A stretch of 64,000 nucleotides of DNA. Origin: Girardia tigrina (Eukaryota). Positions 51,909-62,878 of the stretch are shown one piece after another (within the stretch, counting starts at the first letter, position 1; each line of letters begins with the position of its first letter). The notes under the pieces are model-generated. The model had not been told where the DNA came from, made no database searches, and saw only the letters and a list, made by a program, of their open reading frames with translations. The translations under genes and the position numbers were made by a program. Location of the stretch: the NCBI GenBank assembly GCA_001938485.1, contig MQRK01202524.1:1-64000 (forward strand), in the 5' to 3' direction.

Positions 51909-52385
51909 CACCTTTGTGCAAATAAATCTGAATACTAATCTGAATAACTAAATCTTTTGAGGAGGTATTTCTTTTTACATCACAGTGTCCAATACACTGT
52001 GGCAAAATTGAACCACCTCCTTCATGACGTTTTATAATAGAATTCACTGAACCAAGAGATATACCAAAATGTTTAGAAAATTGTCATTGACTCATACTTT
52101 TATGCTTAGGTAATATGATAACCTTACTACGAATTACCAATGATATATCCATAACTTTAAATACCTAAACACAATTTAACCTAAAATAATCAAAAATACT
52201 AATAAATATTTAGAATTCAAACAATCACAAAATAGATCAATTAAACCATTGATTGTGTTACACATACCATTTACTTATATAACGTACTTATTCTGAACTT
52301 TTAAATAAAGTATTGGTACCAATAGACATTAAATTAAACAAATGAGAAAAAAATTAAAAGTGCTCAGGTAAATTAACACAATGGT
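51905..52385 (-). mobile_element. 5' fragment of a Tc1-like element
   Basis: MDISLVIRSKVI...MSQ*QFSKHFGISLGSVNSIIKR...GHCDVKRNTS (paired-like HTH). Confidence 0.6.
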
Positions 52386-52408
52386 ATATATATATATATA
52401 TATATATA

Positions 52409-52432
52409 TTGTAAGGTAAAATCTATATAATA
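52409..52432 (+). repeat. Left terminal inverted repeat (ttgtaaggtaaaatctatataata)
   Basis: Exact reverse complement of 55892-55915. Abuts a (TA)n tract. Confidence 0.95.
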
Positions 52433-55400
52433 GGGATAAAAAAGGGACGACGCGTTTCGAGATAATAAAAATCCCATCATCAGGTCACAAAATGTACCAA
52501 GCAAGTACACTATATGGAAACTTGCCGAAAATAAATAAAATTTATCCAATAAATAATTGGTTGAAAATAACTTTATTTCACTTTTCCCTAAAATTAAGAA
52601 AATTGCACTAAATGCAATCAATCTCATTCTCGCAAACCAACCACTGGCAGCTATCAATTGCCATTTGAGAAAACGATATGTTTTCTCTATCGTTCCGTAC
52701 TTTACCAAAAGTTAATCTTCGAGATGAAACTTCTCACACTCAATGTAATCAACTCAATTTTAACCTTCCCATCAAACTCAAAACAATCCGAAATCTCATC
52801 GATGCAATTTGACTGAAATGTCTGACCAAATGGAAATCTGAGAGAACGTTGTGTTCTCTCAACTGTACCACGTTAATCAAGACAATCGGCAAACTATCTG
52901 GGAACTATCAAAAAAGAAAAAATTCAACAAAATCACTGCTCATCCTACAGAAAAAGGAAAACAAAATGAACAGAACAAAACGCACCAAGACAGATTGACA
53001 AATGCTGAAGAATTCCTCAAATCAGCTTCAAATGACTCCATAGAAGAATATTCTGAAAAACTCCAGTTATTCATTCTACAAAAACAGAAAAAAAAGCTGT
53101 AAAAAACCATACATGGGCAAAATTGGTAAAGACAGAGGTAAGAACGATTCACACCTCCACATCAAATACAGAACCGAGCCCAAAAAGGTGATAGAAATGA
53201 TCCTATCNGATACAAAGGTGAATACAAGTCCATCAATTGAAAAGATCACAGAATATGGTCAAACAAAAACACCAGACCCCCCTGTGACTGATTGGACCAA
53301 TTGTCCTCTTATCGATCAAGGACCGGAACTTCAATTCAAAAAGATAACAGAAACAGAAGTTCTATCCGTGTTAAAAAAAATGAAAAAATCTAGCCCTGGA
53401 AAATCAAACATCACATACAAGGACATCGAATATTGTGATCCCAGTGGCAAAATCCTAACCAAACTATTTGAAAAAATCATGGACAAAAACGAAACTCCAA
53501 AAAATTTGGGTGAATTTATCACCATACTGATTCCCAAACCAGGAAAAGAAGGCAAATATGATGAAGTGTCCTCCTGGAGACCCATAGCTCTACTAGAGTG
53601 CATTTACAAAGTTTTTGCTTCATGCTTGACATCCCAGCTTGAAAAATGGTTATTAGACAATGATCTAATTTTTCCAGTCCAAAAAGGAACTGGAACTTCA
53701 GATGGGTGTGCGGAACACAACAATGTGCTCAGGATCATTTTGGAAGAAATGGAAGAAGTACATGTAGCATTCCTTGATCTCACAGATGCATTTAGCAGAA
53801 TGCCCATTGCTCATGTGATAGAGATACTACGTAGAAACGGAATGAATGAATCCTGTGACCTAATACGTCAGATCTACACAGATAACACATCCGAATACTC
53901 CTGTAATGGCCGCTCAATTCAAGCAATACCAATTAACAGAGGAGTTCGACAGGGATGCCCACTATCAATGTTACTCTTCAACATCGGTATTGATCCAATC
54001 TTGACAGAGATTCACAACTCTCCTGACTCTGGGATTACTATCAGAGACATCAAAATTTCCTGTCTAGCCTATGTCGACGATATTGCCGTGATCTCCAACA
54101 CCAATGAAGGCCTCCAAGAAATGGTCAATAATGCCTTCAAATGGACTTCTTGGACATCAATGACCTTTAATCCGAGCAAATCCGGCTATCTATCAACGAC
54201 AAAGGCGAATGAAAAAATCTTCATCAATGAAGAAGAAATCCCGATAGTGGATGACGAAAAAGGATATAGATACCTGGGGGTAGACTTTAGAAGAAAAACA
54301 AAAAGTTCCCCCACCGAACTATTCAAAGGTATCATCAACGATATGAAAAAAATTGCCAGCTCATCTCTTGACCCGTGGCAAAAATTAGACGCATACAAAG
54401 TCTTCATTCACTCGCGCCTAATATTCTCATTCCGAAATTAAAATATTCCGAATAGAGAATTAACCAAATATGGTCATCCCGAAGTCAAAAACACAGTCTT
54501 TGATTACGGTCTTGACATAGAAATCAGAAAGATCATTAAGCCTATATGTGGACTTCAGCCAACAGCCTCCAATGACTACCTCTATGCTGGGAAAGAATAT
54601 GGCGGACTCGGACTCGTTGAAACCCGCGATGAATATGTCATACAATCAATCATCCAGGCGTTCAGGAATCTAACCTGTGAAGATTTAAAGGTAGCCGAAT
54701 TGACACTGATCAATCTCAACAATACACTTAAAAAAACAAAAAAGAACAAAAAGAAAAAGAACAATCCAGACAGAACTATCNNNNAAATGATGGATTGGCT
54801 AAATGAGGGTGATCGAGAAAACGGAATCGAATCTTGGTGGACAAAAGTAAGAAACAACATCAGATACTTGGACAAGATTGGTCTACAAACACGTTTTCTC
54901 CAAGACCACCATTTGGGCATATGTCTAAATACCAAATCATCCAAAGAATCCTTAACAATATCTGCCGCAAACAAGAAAAATCTGTCCTTCCAATTTCACA
55001 GACTATATCGTCACCAGTAATTTGTGGATTGGTCAAGACAGGCGAATGCTGGTAGATCGGCTGACGCTCTGAGCAAAAATAAAATATCCAGCCAAGTATT
55101 ATATGATGGAAGCCTCACTGCAACAGAATGGCGATTCATCCATCAAGCTCGAACAGGAAACATGCCTGTCAACTTTAAACCAGGGAAACCANNNNNNNNN
55201 NNNNNNNNNNNNNNNNNNNNNNNNNNNNNNNNNNNNNNNNNNNNNNNNNNNNNNNNNNNNNNNNNNNNNNNNNNNNNNNNNNNNNNNNNNCACAATGCAG
55301 TAGTTGACCTTGTTATCGAAGCTATTGATTTCGAAATGCCCTACTACAAAATCAAGAATGATGAACAAAGCGACTTCTCAACTTCAACCAGAAGAATAGA

Positions 55401-55914
55401 TATCCAAGCCAAAAACACAGGAGGAAGAACTCTATGGCTACTTGATATTAAAACTCCGTATGACGAGACTGAAAACTTCAAGTCTGCAAGAGAACTCAAT
55501 GAAACCAAGTATGAGCCCCTGGAAAAAGAAGTTAAAGCCAAATACCCAGGATGGAACATTAAACTCGGGACTATTGTCGTGGGATGTCTCGGATCCTGGC
55601 CAGAAAAGAACAACGAGGTACTAGAGGATTTGAAGTTATCCGAAACCGCAATCAATAGTCTCAGGAGAAGATGTGTAATTTCCAACATCAAACACTGCGC
55701 ATCTACTTGGGCGAAGCATAACACTCTCTGCTACAATCATTGTTCCAAGGATACGCCTACCAACTCAATCCTGGAGCGAATTCAATCACTGGACGTTCAA
55801 AAGACGCTGTAGTCTAAAACGGCCCTTTCTATGTGGTCCTTTGTGACCCTGATTTTCTACTTGTTTTATGATAATAAAATTTTGTATAATATATTATATA
55901 GATTTTACCTTACA
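52410..55914 (+). mobile_element. RLE-type (R2/NeSL-group) non-LTR retrotransposon bounded by terminal inverted repeats; single ORF ~52818-55812 with one frameshift and a few stops
   Basis: RT motifs SSPG, LIPK, WRPIAL, QKG..GCAEH, AFLDLTDAF, GVRQGCPLS, LAYVDD, YRYLG. RLE motifs HNAVVD, RIDI, DIKTPYD, KYEPL, IVVGCLGSW. The Zn knuckle position falls in an N-gap. No APE or tyrosine recombinase seen. Confidence 0.92.
52444..52488 (-). ncRNA. Minimal type I hammerhead ribozyme, antisense to the RLE retrotransposon
   Basis: gtgac-CTGATGA-t-gggat(ttttatt)atctc-GAAA-cgcg-TC^gtccc. Full catalytic core, 5-bp stem II, ACGCGU palindromic stem III, GUC site, stem I 4/5 paired. Confidence 0.85.
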
Positions 55915-55915
55915 A
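55892..55915 (+). repeat. Right terminal inverted repeat (tattatatagattttaccttacaa), 13 nt after AATAAA (55873-55878)
   Basis: Exact reverse complement of 52409-52432. Followed by tgtatatat. Confidence 0.95.
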
Positions 55916-56156
55916 TGTATATATTCTGACGTTAAAATCAATTATTTTTTGAACAACTTGGAATGAACGAAGGAATTCAAAACAAAATGTATTTTGTCGG
56001 TGTGCGATTGTTTTGCATTGGTCAAATGTGTTATTATACTGTATATATATATATATATAAGGAAATGTAACATTAAAAGTGGTGAAGCTAAATAAATGTT
56101 TATAAATAAATTGTTATTAATAATCAAATGTATATAAAACAAATATCTAAAAATAC

Positions 56157-56372
56157 CTCATCTAGTTTTTTTGAGTACGTAGTAACACTTTTATAGGATT
56201 GAAGGGGTGAGATTCCGTTATTATAAATTGAAACAATTACGAGTCCTAGAGAGAAAATATCCGAAAGAGGTGTTGCATGACCGTTTTTCTGTACTTCTGG
56301 AGCCGTGTAATCCAACTCAGCTTGAAATGCCCTTTCTGTTCTCGATATGTATGAATTTGCTTTTAGAGTACT
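56157..56372 (-). CDS. SCYL2: SCYL2-like exon (STLKANSY...LDYTAPEVQ...SDIFSLGLVIVSIYNNG...KKLDE)
   Basis: Kinase APE and SDxFSLG motifs. 216 nt, phase 0, AG/GT ends. Confidence 0.9.
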
Positions 56373-56424
56373 CTAAATTGTTTCGTAATTAAATCTATTA
56401 CTTATTAATAATGTTTGTTATTAC

Positions 56425-56559
56425 GTATGATATATTTTCGGCAAGATTAAAACCACTAAGTTTCCAATGTCCATGTTTACATATTAATATGTTGCTCGGA
56501 TTAATATTGCCGTGAACGATTTCATGAGTAGAATTCAAATAACGTAACGCATCTATAAT
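56425..56559 (-). CDS. SCYL2: SCYL2-like exon (IIDALRYLNSTHEIVHGNINPSNILICKHGHWKLSGFNLAENISY)
   Basis: Pseudokinase motifs: HGN replaces HRD and WKLSGF replaces DFG, as in the SCY1 family. Flanked by 49- and 52-nt GT-AG introns. Confidence 0.9.
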
Positions 56560-56608
56560 CTAAAGTAAGAAACTTATAGATGAAATTGTAACGTTCGTAA
56601 ACAAATAC

Positions 56609-56653
56609 TTGATATAACCCAAGAATTACTTCTAGGTCATAGAATCTGTGATT
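56609..56653 (-). CDS. SCYL2: SCYL2-like exon (NHRFYDLEVILGLYQ)
   Basis: 45-nt phase-0 exon with AG/GT ends. Matches the YxLYDxExKYGLLQ-type helix. Confidence 0.8.
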
Positions 56654-57174
56654 CTAAAAAAATAAACATTATTTAATTTTACTAAAATTAAAACACAATA
56701 AAAGAACTCAAGGATTTTAAATTAAAAATTTGGCTGTCTTATAGCATCATTTGTATGATATTATTAAGATTTTTAAGTATTCTTAACGTTTCTTTATATA
56801 TTTATGAACCCGCTTTATATTTATAAACCGAAATAAGAAGTCTCAGCATGATAACGTATTAGTTAAATGTATGAAAGAAAACCTTGAAAATATAATGTAT
56901 TGACTCTATCAGGGATTGGAGGCCAATTAGAAATCTTAATGTTATTATATTGTAATAAAGAGACTAAAAGGTCAGTTTTTTTGTAAAAGAACATTTGAGC
57001 TTTCTTATACAAATACTGGAGGAATTATAAAAAAATAAAGAAGAAAAACTAATTATCAAATATATTAAAAAATAATGCGAAAAACAGATGTGACGAAAAA
57101 AAGGTATTATCAATTATCACAACAAAAAGTTGGTCACTAGGAGATCTCAACTGACCAAATAATAACGTTAATAG

Positions 57175-58550
57175 TACGTGCTGATAGTAAGTCGTGAGAC
57201 TAAAGGAATGAGTGCGAAAAATATTACTAACTTTAAATCTCTATAACTCTAACATAAATTCACAAATTACAAAAAACTTATCAAATAGGCTATTGTTTGA
57301 ATAAATCAAAATAAAATTCATTTTAGTATTCATTTTTAAATTTCATTTTTCATGAATATGTCCTCAGAAACATGAAGTCGCGAATTAATTATTCGTTTAT
57401 TTCAAGAAAATCTACAATCAAGTCAGAAAGCAATTGTCAGAAAGACAAAGGTTTGCCAGAAAATAGTTTCTAACATTATTAAAAACTTCAATGAGAACTT
57501 GAACGTTTTTTGAAAAATATGTTCGGGAAGAAGGAAGGGTTTTTCTTGTACACAGAATGTGAAGGAGGTGTAGGCTCTGTTAGAGAGAAATCCTCGTCTA
57601 TCAAATCAAAACCTGATGGTAAAGGCAAATTGTAGCGAGAAAACAGTTTGAAAATTGTAGCGAGAAAACAATTTAAAAACTTATAAAAAACGGAAATTGA
57701 TGACAAAATAACTCAAAACCTGCATGTAATCCTGTAAAACGAGTTAAGAATAACGACGAGAGACCTCACAACCCATCTAAATGTGAGCAAAGGTACTCTG
57801 CATATTCTCCTAACTGAAAAAGATATTCGAAAATTATGTTCCCGTTTTTCGCCACGCTTCTTAACAATGGAAATACGACAACGATGTTTGGAATGCTACT
57901 TAAAGAATCCGCAGATGAGAACCAACATTAAAGATTGTTTCATTGATAATATCATCACTGTGGACGAGACACCATTGTCCCTTTATGCCCCAAAATCTAA
58001 AAGAAAGTCGCAAGAATAAAAACTGCCAGGTGAAAGCAGCTCACTGAAAATGCGGTCCTCAACTTGTCATCGAGAGGCTCTCAATATGATGGTGTTTTGG
58101 AACGCCAATTCTGACTAAATTTACTGAATCCGGCGTGAAGATCAATGCTTCTTATAACTCCAACATTGTGCAGCAAGCAAGGAAGGCATGACGCAAGAGA
58201 AGAGTGTGTGATCTCTATTTCGTACACAATAATGCTCCCAGACTCAAAGCGTTGCAGGCTCAATTTGCTCCCCTATCCCTCATATAGCCTAGGTTTGGCT
58301 CCCTCTGAATATTTCCTGTTAATAAGCATCAGCTGGGCTTGGTGTTTGCTAACAAACATGATTTGAGAACCGCTGTGAAGAGTTTTCTGGGAGAATTGCC
58401 TCCGGAATTCTTCAAAAATCTCGTTATTCGCTGGGAAATTTGTGTCAGTGCACAATGAAATTATTATGAGAAATGATATCTATTTACCACGCTTGTTCTC
58501 AATAAAAGTCATTCCATATAAGTCTCACAACTAATTGGGCGCACCACTTA
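57175..58550 (+). mobile_element. Decayed mariner element
   Basis: Degenerate TIRs (gtgagact...ggaatga). RKLCSRFSPRFLT, IITVDET, HNNAP, PYPSYSLGLAPSEY. Confidence 0.75.
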
Positions 58551-58888
58551 TATTTTGAACGCTAAATAAAAAGAAATAGTGTATATCTAAAAACATCCAT
58601 TCTTTCAGCGTTGCATTTAGCATTATTTACAGGATACGGTTCTCATTCCGAATGTTGCGTGTCTTTAGACACGTGTACATCATTTTATTGAAGAGTTTTA
58701 ATATTTAAAATTTTATTAAAATATTTTTAAATCAGCGAATTATTTTAATCTTTAAAATTTACACTTAGATAAATGGGTAAATTATACGTTTTGAACAAAG
58801 TTATCCTGAAGGTTTGATGTATGTGAGACTTAGGAATATTTATCATTAAAATGAATTTTGATAAGGAACTATAATGAATGTAAATTAC

Positions 58889-58988
58889 CTTGATATGTTC
58901 TGGAATTTGGAATGACCACTTCTCATTCTTTTTTATAAAATTACTTAAGGATCCGAGGACTGGTTCACTTATAAAACTTAAGAAATCA
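58889..58988 (-). CDS. SCYL2: SCYL2-like exon (DFLSFISEPVLGSLSNFIKKNEKWSFQIPEHIK)
   Basis: tag/gtaat boundaries, 100 nt, phase-compatible. Matches SCYL2 DCLAFCTEPVFASLAN. Confidence 0.85.
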
Positions 58989-59832
58989 CTAAAGTTATTT
59001 TTAAATATTAATAAAGAATATATAATAATATTAAGAATATTTAATACTAAGAACTATTAAAATACAATTACCACAAAAATTCATGAATACATTAAATTAT
59101 TTCCATAAAGGCATATTATAGCAGAAAAAAATGTATATGCAGACGTATACTTAAGTTCTAGTAAATAGTTAAAAGTGAGCAGCCTCAAATGATGTTGCCC
59201 CCTCGCGGTACTTAATAAACTCTTTCATATCTGATTTCATTAACAAAATTTACCATTTTTGCGTCCTAACAGTACATATTACATATTTTTGATGTTCAAC
59301 AAAAGCAAAATGCATTTTCAACGGCTTTTTTGCTTAAAATCGCTTTTTAAGCATGAATTACTTACTACAATGTAACGTTACAAGATTATTGAGAAGAGTT
59401 TGATGAAATATTATTTTAAAGTTTTTATTTGTCACTTATGGGCCATTCCATAATTTCATCACCTATGCTCATTTTACTATAAGGAAAAGAATGGATTTCC
59501 TTCCATAGTTTCCCGATTCGCTTTTCAATTCTTTGATATTCTTTAACTGCTTCACAATTGATGATGACCGGATAATGCAAATATCAAACTGGTCTTGAAT
59601 GTATCCCAAAGATCTTTAATTTTTTATTGTATTTATCATAAGTTAAAATCTACCATTTTCTTTTTATTAATAATATAAAAATACAAATGTTTTGAACCTT
59701 ATCCGTTTTGACAGTTAATTCATTTAATTTGCACAAGCCAGGTGGCCTAGTTTTGTACATTTCTGTGTCACTAGGTAAGTAGATTTGGTAAGATTTTGTT
59801 TTGCTAATCCTGTTAGGTGGTCCTACCATTAA

Positions 59833-60010
59833 TCATTTCAACACGATTTTTTATTTCAGTAATCCATGTAATATTATAGCCCAAAATATTTTTTTCCAAT
59901 TTTTTTGACTAATTTGATCATATTTGATTTTAAAAAAGGTTAATGTAAAATAATAACTAGGACATATTATTTACATGGATTACTGAAAGAAAAAAATCGT
60001 GTTGAAAGGG
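59833..60010. mobile_element. piggyBac-type MITE with TTAA TSD
   Basis: tttcaacacgattttt..ttcagtaatccatgtaa is inverted at ttacatggattactgaaa...aatcgtgttgaaaggg|ttaa. Confidence 0.75.
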
Positions 60011-60296
60011 TTAAGTCAGTGGCGCCGCGTATTCTTAGTTGGCCATGCGTACTAATCAACTAGAATTGCTATTGATGGTACAGTAAAAACATCTCTATAA
60101 AGTTTCATTTTTATAAGATGTAATTTTCTACAATGAACAATATTTTATAAACAAATTTTCAGTAATAGGGTTTTATAGGTTCAATTCTCATTGTTTGAAC
60201 TTCTTTATTATTAATATGGCAAAAAAAAATTTTCCGTTACTCCTCTATATTTCTAATTTCTAAATAAAAAAAATATAAAACAACAAATATATATTT

Positions 60297-60960
60297 CTAC
60301 ACAACAGTATATTCACCATTACAACAAATAACATTTTCAGCATGTGAAAAAGGTTTATCAAATTCCAAATTTTTGTTTTGAACAGTACGTGGTCGAGGAT
60401 CATCTCCACTTGCCCATGATATCCACGTTTCATCAACTGTTATCCATCGTTTCATCAAGTATTCTTGCCCATATTGTTGCACAGTTGCAAAAAATATCTT
60501 GAGGATTCAATACGTTGTCGTTTGTGATCATCAGTCAGTTGATAAAGCACCCAGATGCTCAAAATCTTTTTCCTGTTCAAATTTTCATGGAGGATTGTCC
60601 TTATTGATTCTTTGTTGACATCAAGCATTTCACTTATGTGTCTTAAAGACATTCTTTCATCCTGCTCAATTATGTTCCTAACTTTTTCAATCAAATCATC
60701 AGTTGTTGTTGCTGAAGGACGTCCACTTCGTTGGTGATCGTCCAACGATAGCCGCTTGCCTGAGTTAAAATCAGAGAACCAGTTTCTTATTGTGCGTTCC
60801 GTTGGACAATCATCAAGGAAGGCATTGAACAACTTTCTATGGGTTTCAACTACAGTCGTTCTATTTTTCCACTCAACGTATGCATAGAATCGACTGTTAG
60901 ATTTTGAAAACCCCATTTTTACCGACAACCTTTTAAATCCAATATGAAAAGTGATCATAT
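60297..60960 (-). mobile_element. 5' half of a mariner transposase
   Basis: TIRNWF..F.SG..SLDD.QRSGRP, WVLYQLT, ITVDETWI. Confidence 0.85.
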
Positions 60961-61039
60961 GACACAAATTAATATATATATATATATATNNNNNNNNNNN
61001 NNNNNNNNNNNNNNNNNNNNNNNNNNNNNNNNNNNNNNN

Positions 61040-61095
<56 letters not shown>

Positions 61096-61139
61096 TGATT
61101 TATTTGCCAAAAAATATTTATAAACATGAATTAACAAAA

Positions 61140-62110
61140 AATAGCATTAAAATGGTAATTTTCTTTCTTCTTTAGAAGTGGAGAGTAACGGAAAAAACTT
61201 TCCTGCCATGTTAATATCATATTGAAATGAGTTGATTGTTTGTGTTTGTCTATCTTCAGTTTTGCTTAATGAGTTATTGTTTTTGTTGGATTGGAGATAT
61301 TTTTCTTCGGTTTGTGAAATTTTATTTAAACTCAATGTTTTTTGTGACTATTTTTGCTGCTTTTCGTTTATTTGGAGTTAGTTGTTTGTCTCTGATGTGT
61401 TTGACTAAATTTTTTTTAATCGTTAATTGTTCAGATATGCAGGTTTTTTCGTTTGTTGTTGATTCTGCAATGAAGTTTGTTTTATAGTATTTTTTAAATT
61501 TTGAATTGTAGAATGTGTATATTCTTGGTTTGATTATTTCATTTTTTGTTGCTTGGAATGTACAGGGTTTTTGACATCTGTTTGCGTAAATTCCATACCT
61601 TTCGTGATACCAGCATAGGTTTTGTGGGTTTTGATTCTGTTTTTCTACATCCTTTGAGTCAGATTTGAAATATTTATTCTCCATTTCTTTTTTTTGTTTT
61701 TTTATTTTGACAATTTCCTTTTTTTAGTAATTTGTTTTCTTTTTCAATTTCTTCAAATTTTTTAGCAAATAGTTAAGAGTCTAACTTTGAATTTTTAACA
61801 TGCCTGTCTTAAGGTTTGGTTTTGATATCAGATACATTATGTATATGACATCTGCAATATTGTAATTGTGGAGAATTGTTGCTTTGAAAGCTTATGTGAT
61901 TGATCTGGTATTGTTTGTACCAAATGTTTGGTTGTATAGGGGGTATTTTGTTTTATATGGATACATTGCTGTTGAAATGGATTTATGTAATTGCCTTATC
62001 TTGGCTTTTTTTGTTTTGGCTGAGTGAATATGCTTGTTGATGTGGGTTCATTTCTTGTTTCTGACCCCAATTGTGGAGGAATTTATATTGTAAAACTCCA
62101 CTGTACAGTA
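61140..62110 (-). mobile_element. Decayed Gypsy gag remnant with CHCC motif (CsRn1-like), LTR end and PBS near 62060-62075
   Basis: CWYHERYGIYANRCQKPCTF = C-X2-H-X9-C-X3-C. Minus strand ...ccaca-attggggtcagaa resembles a tRNA primer-binding site. Confidence 0.6.
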
Positions 62111-62714
62111 AAACTTATTTTGTTTATTTTGTTTACAAATGAGTTTATCCCCTTAAATGGGGAAACATTACTTTCATAGAAATTCTTTTCATAGGAAAAA
62201 ATATTTTTAAATTGCTTTTAAACTTTCAAAATTATAAAAACTGTGAAAAAAATATTAGTTAAATTATTAAAATTCTGTCCCATAAATGAAAATAAAATTG
62301 AAAAAAATTATATATTCTAAATATCAATTAAAAATACTTATTAAAATAATCTCGATAAAAGTGATGCCAACCCCTTCTATGCTGTGAAGTATTTGATACT
62401 TATAGGACTCGTTAAATATCGAAGGACAGTGAGCTAATTCTTCTTAAATTGAATAAGTATTTAATAAATTAATTAGTAAATTTCTCTTTAAAATTAAATA
62501 AATTCTCAAATTGCTCTTCTAAAGATTATTATTTCAACTCAGTTCTCATTAGAACAAATGGGAAAGGCAAATATTAACTTTATTCCTTGCAGTAAAATGT
62601 ATTAAAATGCTTAACAAGATTGTTCACTAAATTTCAGAAATTATAAAAGATATTAATTAAGTAAAATTAATTTTGTAAATTAATGTTATGTTAAATTAAT
62701 ATTTCAAAAAGAAC

Positions 62715-62878
62715 CGTGTTTCTTCTATTCCTGAAATAATTTTCAGAATTTGAGAATGTTTGAACTTCTCCAGGAAAATAGCTTCTTTTTTCAAAGAGTC
62801 GATGAGTGCTTCTCGTTTGTTGCTGAAACGGTGGATCTTCTCCATCACTCGTTTTTCGAACACAAACATCGTGCATTC
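62715..62878 (-). CDS. SCYL2: SCYL2-like pseudokinase, first exon found in window (ECTMFVFEKRVMEKIHRFSNKREALIDSLKKEAIFLEKFKHSQILKIISGIEETR)
   Basis: cag acceptor and gt donor. The translation resembles SCYL2 N-lobe VFVFDKK...IIDSLKRG...LRHPRLL...LEESR. Its phase-2 end matches the next exon. The ORF track shows the wrong frame. Confidence 0.85.

Noticed and set aside
52373-52708. 111-aa minus-strand ORF running through the hammerhead and TIR
   Set aside because: Non-ATG start, no recognisable domain, and it ends in microsatellite. It would only matter if conserved across copies.
54439-55020. Two in-frame TAA codons in the RLE ORF as possible readthrough or alternative code
   Set aside because: The copy also has a frameshift near 53095, so ordinary decay explains them.
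53331-55724. Several antisense ORFs over the RT/RLE gene
   Set aside because: Shadow ORFs of a codon-biased sense ORF.
55942-56142. Possible extra SCYL2 exon after 56157
   Set aside because: The KKLDE to LPVVFNR join is already in frame and matches family spacing, and no convincing donor is present.
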